DNA of 64,000 nucleotides from an uncultured Bdellovibrionales bacterium (GTDB lineage Bacteria; Bdellovibrionota_C; UBA2361; J135): NCBI GenBank assembly GCA_964523015.1, contig CAZFXN010000008.1, positions 708 to 64,707 of the forward strand, read 5' to 3'. Shown piece by piece: positions 62,234 to 64,000 of this stretch (position 1 is its first letter; each line of letters starts with the position of its first letter). The notes under the pieces were generated by a model. It saw only the letters and a program-made list of their open reading frames with translations, ran no database searches and was not told where the DNA came from. The position numbers and the translations under genes were made by a program.

Positions 62234-62269
62234 GAGGAGGCAGCTTAACCGCTGTCTCCTCTTTTTTTT
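62234..62269 (+). terminator. Rho-independent terminator (GC stem GAGGAGGCAGC/GCTGTCTCCTC + T8)
   Basis: Seen directly. Lies between the convergent LeuA-family gene and rsmI. Confidence 0.55.
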
Positions 62270-62272
62270 GCC

Positions 62273-63013
62273 TCATTCTTCATCTGAATTCTCAGATTCG
62301 TAATCTTTTCGAAATTTAGATTTATCTTTCTTATTTATTTTTTTCTCTTCAGATCGACTAACTAAAACAACCATCTCCCCTTTTAAACCAGCGCGTTCTT
62401 TAATAGTCGCATAAAGATCTTTTGAATTGCCCCGCAAAATCTCTTCGTATGTTTTTGTTAACTCCCTTACAATTACTATTTCTCGATCCGGTGCATGCTC
62501 AGCTAACTCTTGAAATAATTTTTCTATCTTATGGGTTGATTCGTAAATCACCGAAGTACAATTAGATTCTAAAATTGAAAGAATCCGCTTTGTTCTCTTT
62601 GCTCCCTTAGGTGGTAAAAATCCCTCAAAGGTAAATCGATCTGTTGGCAGTCCTGAAATTGATAACGCACCGATTACAGCACTAGGCCCAGGCACAGTTG
62701 AAACTTTAATCCCCGCATCATGGCAAGCTCTTACAATTCTATATCCAGGATCGCTGATACACGGAGTGCCTGCATCAGTTACAAGAGCAACAACTTCGCC
62801 TTCTTTTAAAAGTTCAATTACCTTATCAACACGCCCGGCCTCATTATGATCGTGATAGCTTATTAATCTTTTCTTTATTCCGATCTCTTGGAGTAACATT
62901 CCAGTTCGCCGGGTATCCTCACATAAAATAACCGACGCCTCAGCCAACACTGTCCGTGCCCTCTCAGAGAGATCCCCCCTATTCCCAATCGCCGTCGCCA
63001 CCACATAAATCAT
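62273..63013 (-). CDS. rsmI: 16S rRNA (cytidine1402-2'-O)-methyltransferase RsmI (tetrapyrrole-methylase fold)
   Basis: MIYVVATAIGNRGDLSERA...ILCEDTRRTG N-terminus typical of RsmI. K/E-rich C-terminal tail. Confidence 0.85.
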   Translation of the reverse strand: MIYVVATAIGNRGDLSERARTVLAEASVILCEDTRRTGMLLQEIGIKKRLISYHDHNEAGRVDKVIELLKEGEVVALVTDAGTPCISDPGYRIVRACHDAGIKVSTVPGPSAVIGALSISGLPTDRFTFEGFLPPKGAKRTKRILSILESNCTSVIYESTHKIEKLFQELAEHAPDREIVIVRELTKTYEEILRGNSKDLYATIKERAGLKGEMVVLVSRSEEKKINKKDKSKFRKDYESENSDEE

Positions 63014-63120
63014 CTGTGAAAGGTACCAGGTTCTTTTTGAAAGGCAAAAAGGTACCTGGTTCCCAAAATTATGGTTATTTTTAATATTGACTTTAATAAT
63101 ATCCAGGATATAATGAAAGT

Positions 63121-64000
63121 ATGTTTAAACGCTGGATTACTCTAGATCAATCAAATCAACTAGTTATCGGACCTCGTCGGTCTGGTAAGACTACTTTTCT
63201 AAAAAATGCTTTTCCTAATATCAAATACATAACACTTGATGACCTAGATTACTTAAAGTGGGCTCGAAGCGATGGAAAGGGATTTATTGAGTCACTTCTA
63301 CCAACTTCTATTATCGATGAGGTTCAACGTGTTCCTGAGTTAACCATCGCAATTAAGTATGCAATTGATAACTTGGGTTTTACTGGAATTATGACTGGTT
63401 CAAGCAGTATTGGCCTACTTGATTCATCAGCTGATACTCTAGCTGGTCGCATAAAGATACATCATTTTCCTACTGCCTGCTGGGGCGAAGATGTAGGTCC
63501 ACCTACACATAATTTTTTTGAAGATACCCTCTCACCTCCAGAAATCGCCAAAGGAAAAAGAGCACTTGAATCATATCTGCAATTTGGTGGGTTTCCTGAA
63601 GTGCTTAGTCAAAAAACAAACGAAGCAAAAGAGGATATCTTAAAACTTTATCGAGATACTTACTTTACCCGTGACCTAGCCCAATTATCTAACATAGAAA
63701 ATATTGAGGGCCTTTTAGCGATTCTTAACCATGCAGCAAGGTCAATCGGTTCGCACCTAGATGTCTCTAGCTTTGCCCAAGAGTCTGGATTAAGTCATCC
63801 CACAGCAAAAAAATATTTGAACGTACTAACTCAATCAGACCTCGCATTTAAATTATACGGATATCAGTATGGTCCTGCTAAACGATACCTAAAAGCATCT
63901 AAGTTATATTTTGCAGACAATGGAATTCTCTCTGCACTTAAAACACCCATTTCGATGGGACAGTCTGTAGAGAACTTTGTAATCTCAGAACTAGAGAAAA
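63121..64000 (+). CDS. AAA-family ATPase with DUF4143 (partial, runs off window end)
   Basis: Walker A (GPRRSGKTT) and a C-terminal region typical of ATPase-DUF4143 proteins. No stop codon before position 64000. Confidence 0.7.
   Translation, partial: MFKRWITLDQSNQLVIGPRRSGKTTFLKNAFPNIKYITLDDLDYLKWARSDGKGFIESLLPTSIIDEVQRVPELTIAIKYAIDNLGFTGIMTGSSSIGLLDSSADTLAGRIKIHHFPTACWGEDVGPPTHNFFEDTLSPPEIAKGKRALESYLQFGGFPEVLSQKTNEAKEDILKLYRDTYFTRDLAQLSNIENIEGLLAILNHAARSIGSHLDVSSFAQESGLSHPTAKKYLNVLTQSDLAFKLYGYQYGPAKRYLKASKLYFADNGILSALKTPISMGQSVENFVISELEK

Noticed and set aside
1..64000. Search for tRNA/rRNA genes and CRISPR arrays
   Set aside because: No T-arm/anticodon-arm cloverleaf candidates and no regularly spaced direct repeats with unique spacers were found. 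The GGTTCGAAT-like strings seen all lie inside protein-coding frames.

Overview
The window is AT-rich (roughly 35-40% GC by eye) bacterial chromosome, and no rRNA, tRNA or CRISPR arrays were detected. The left ~43 kb looks like an accessory region bracketed by two diverged, oppositely oriented paralogous HNH-endonuclease genes (83-1057 on + and 43185-43673 on -). That region contains: a hipBA toxin-antitoxin pair with a 42-bp perfect palindrome upstream; a carbamoyltransferase/SxtJ-like/SxtK-like trio (the 52-aa SxtK-like ORF is absent from the ORF track); a BON-domain protein; a paralogous pair of secreted proteins; and a ~25 kb Wzx/Wzy-type exopolysaccharide locus. The EPS locus carries an initiating sugar transferase, GT2/GT4 glycosyltransferases, a flippase-GT4 fusion, a Wzy-like polymerase fused to a large C-terminal domain, Wza, a split BY-kinase/Wzz, a deacetylase, acetyltransferases, an AsnB-like amidotransferase and a GT-C-like membrane protein. 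Next to it is a giant 1809-aa coiled-coil protein with a bilobed glycine-zipper hydrophobic domain, translationally coupled to a 251-aa ORF of unknown function. The right ~20 kb is largely housekeeping: GH108 muramidase, a ribosomal protein bTHX homolog, RluA, lpdA-lipB-fused E1 alpha/beta-E2 2-oxoacid dehydrogenase operon, rsmD, DciA/DUF721, ftsB, eno, lnt, OmpA-family lipoprotein, a RelE/ParE-like TA pair, thiolase, rsmI and a partial DUF4143 AAA ATPase. One ~1.45 kb stretch (about 60800-62265) is strikingly GC-rich and encodes a single LeuA/NifV/CimA-family synthase, which suggests a single-gene horizontal acquisition. Several short tandem repeats lie in promoter regions. The candidates I consider most novel are the giant protein plus its coupled ORF, the HNH-bracketed island architecture, the carbamoyltransferase trio and the GC-island gene.
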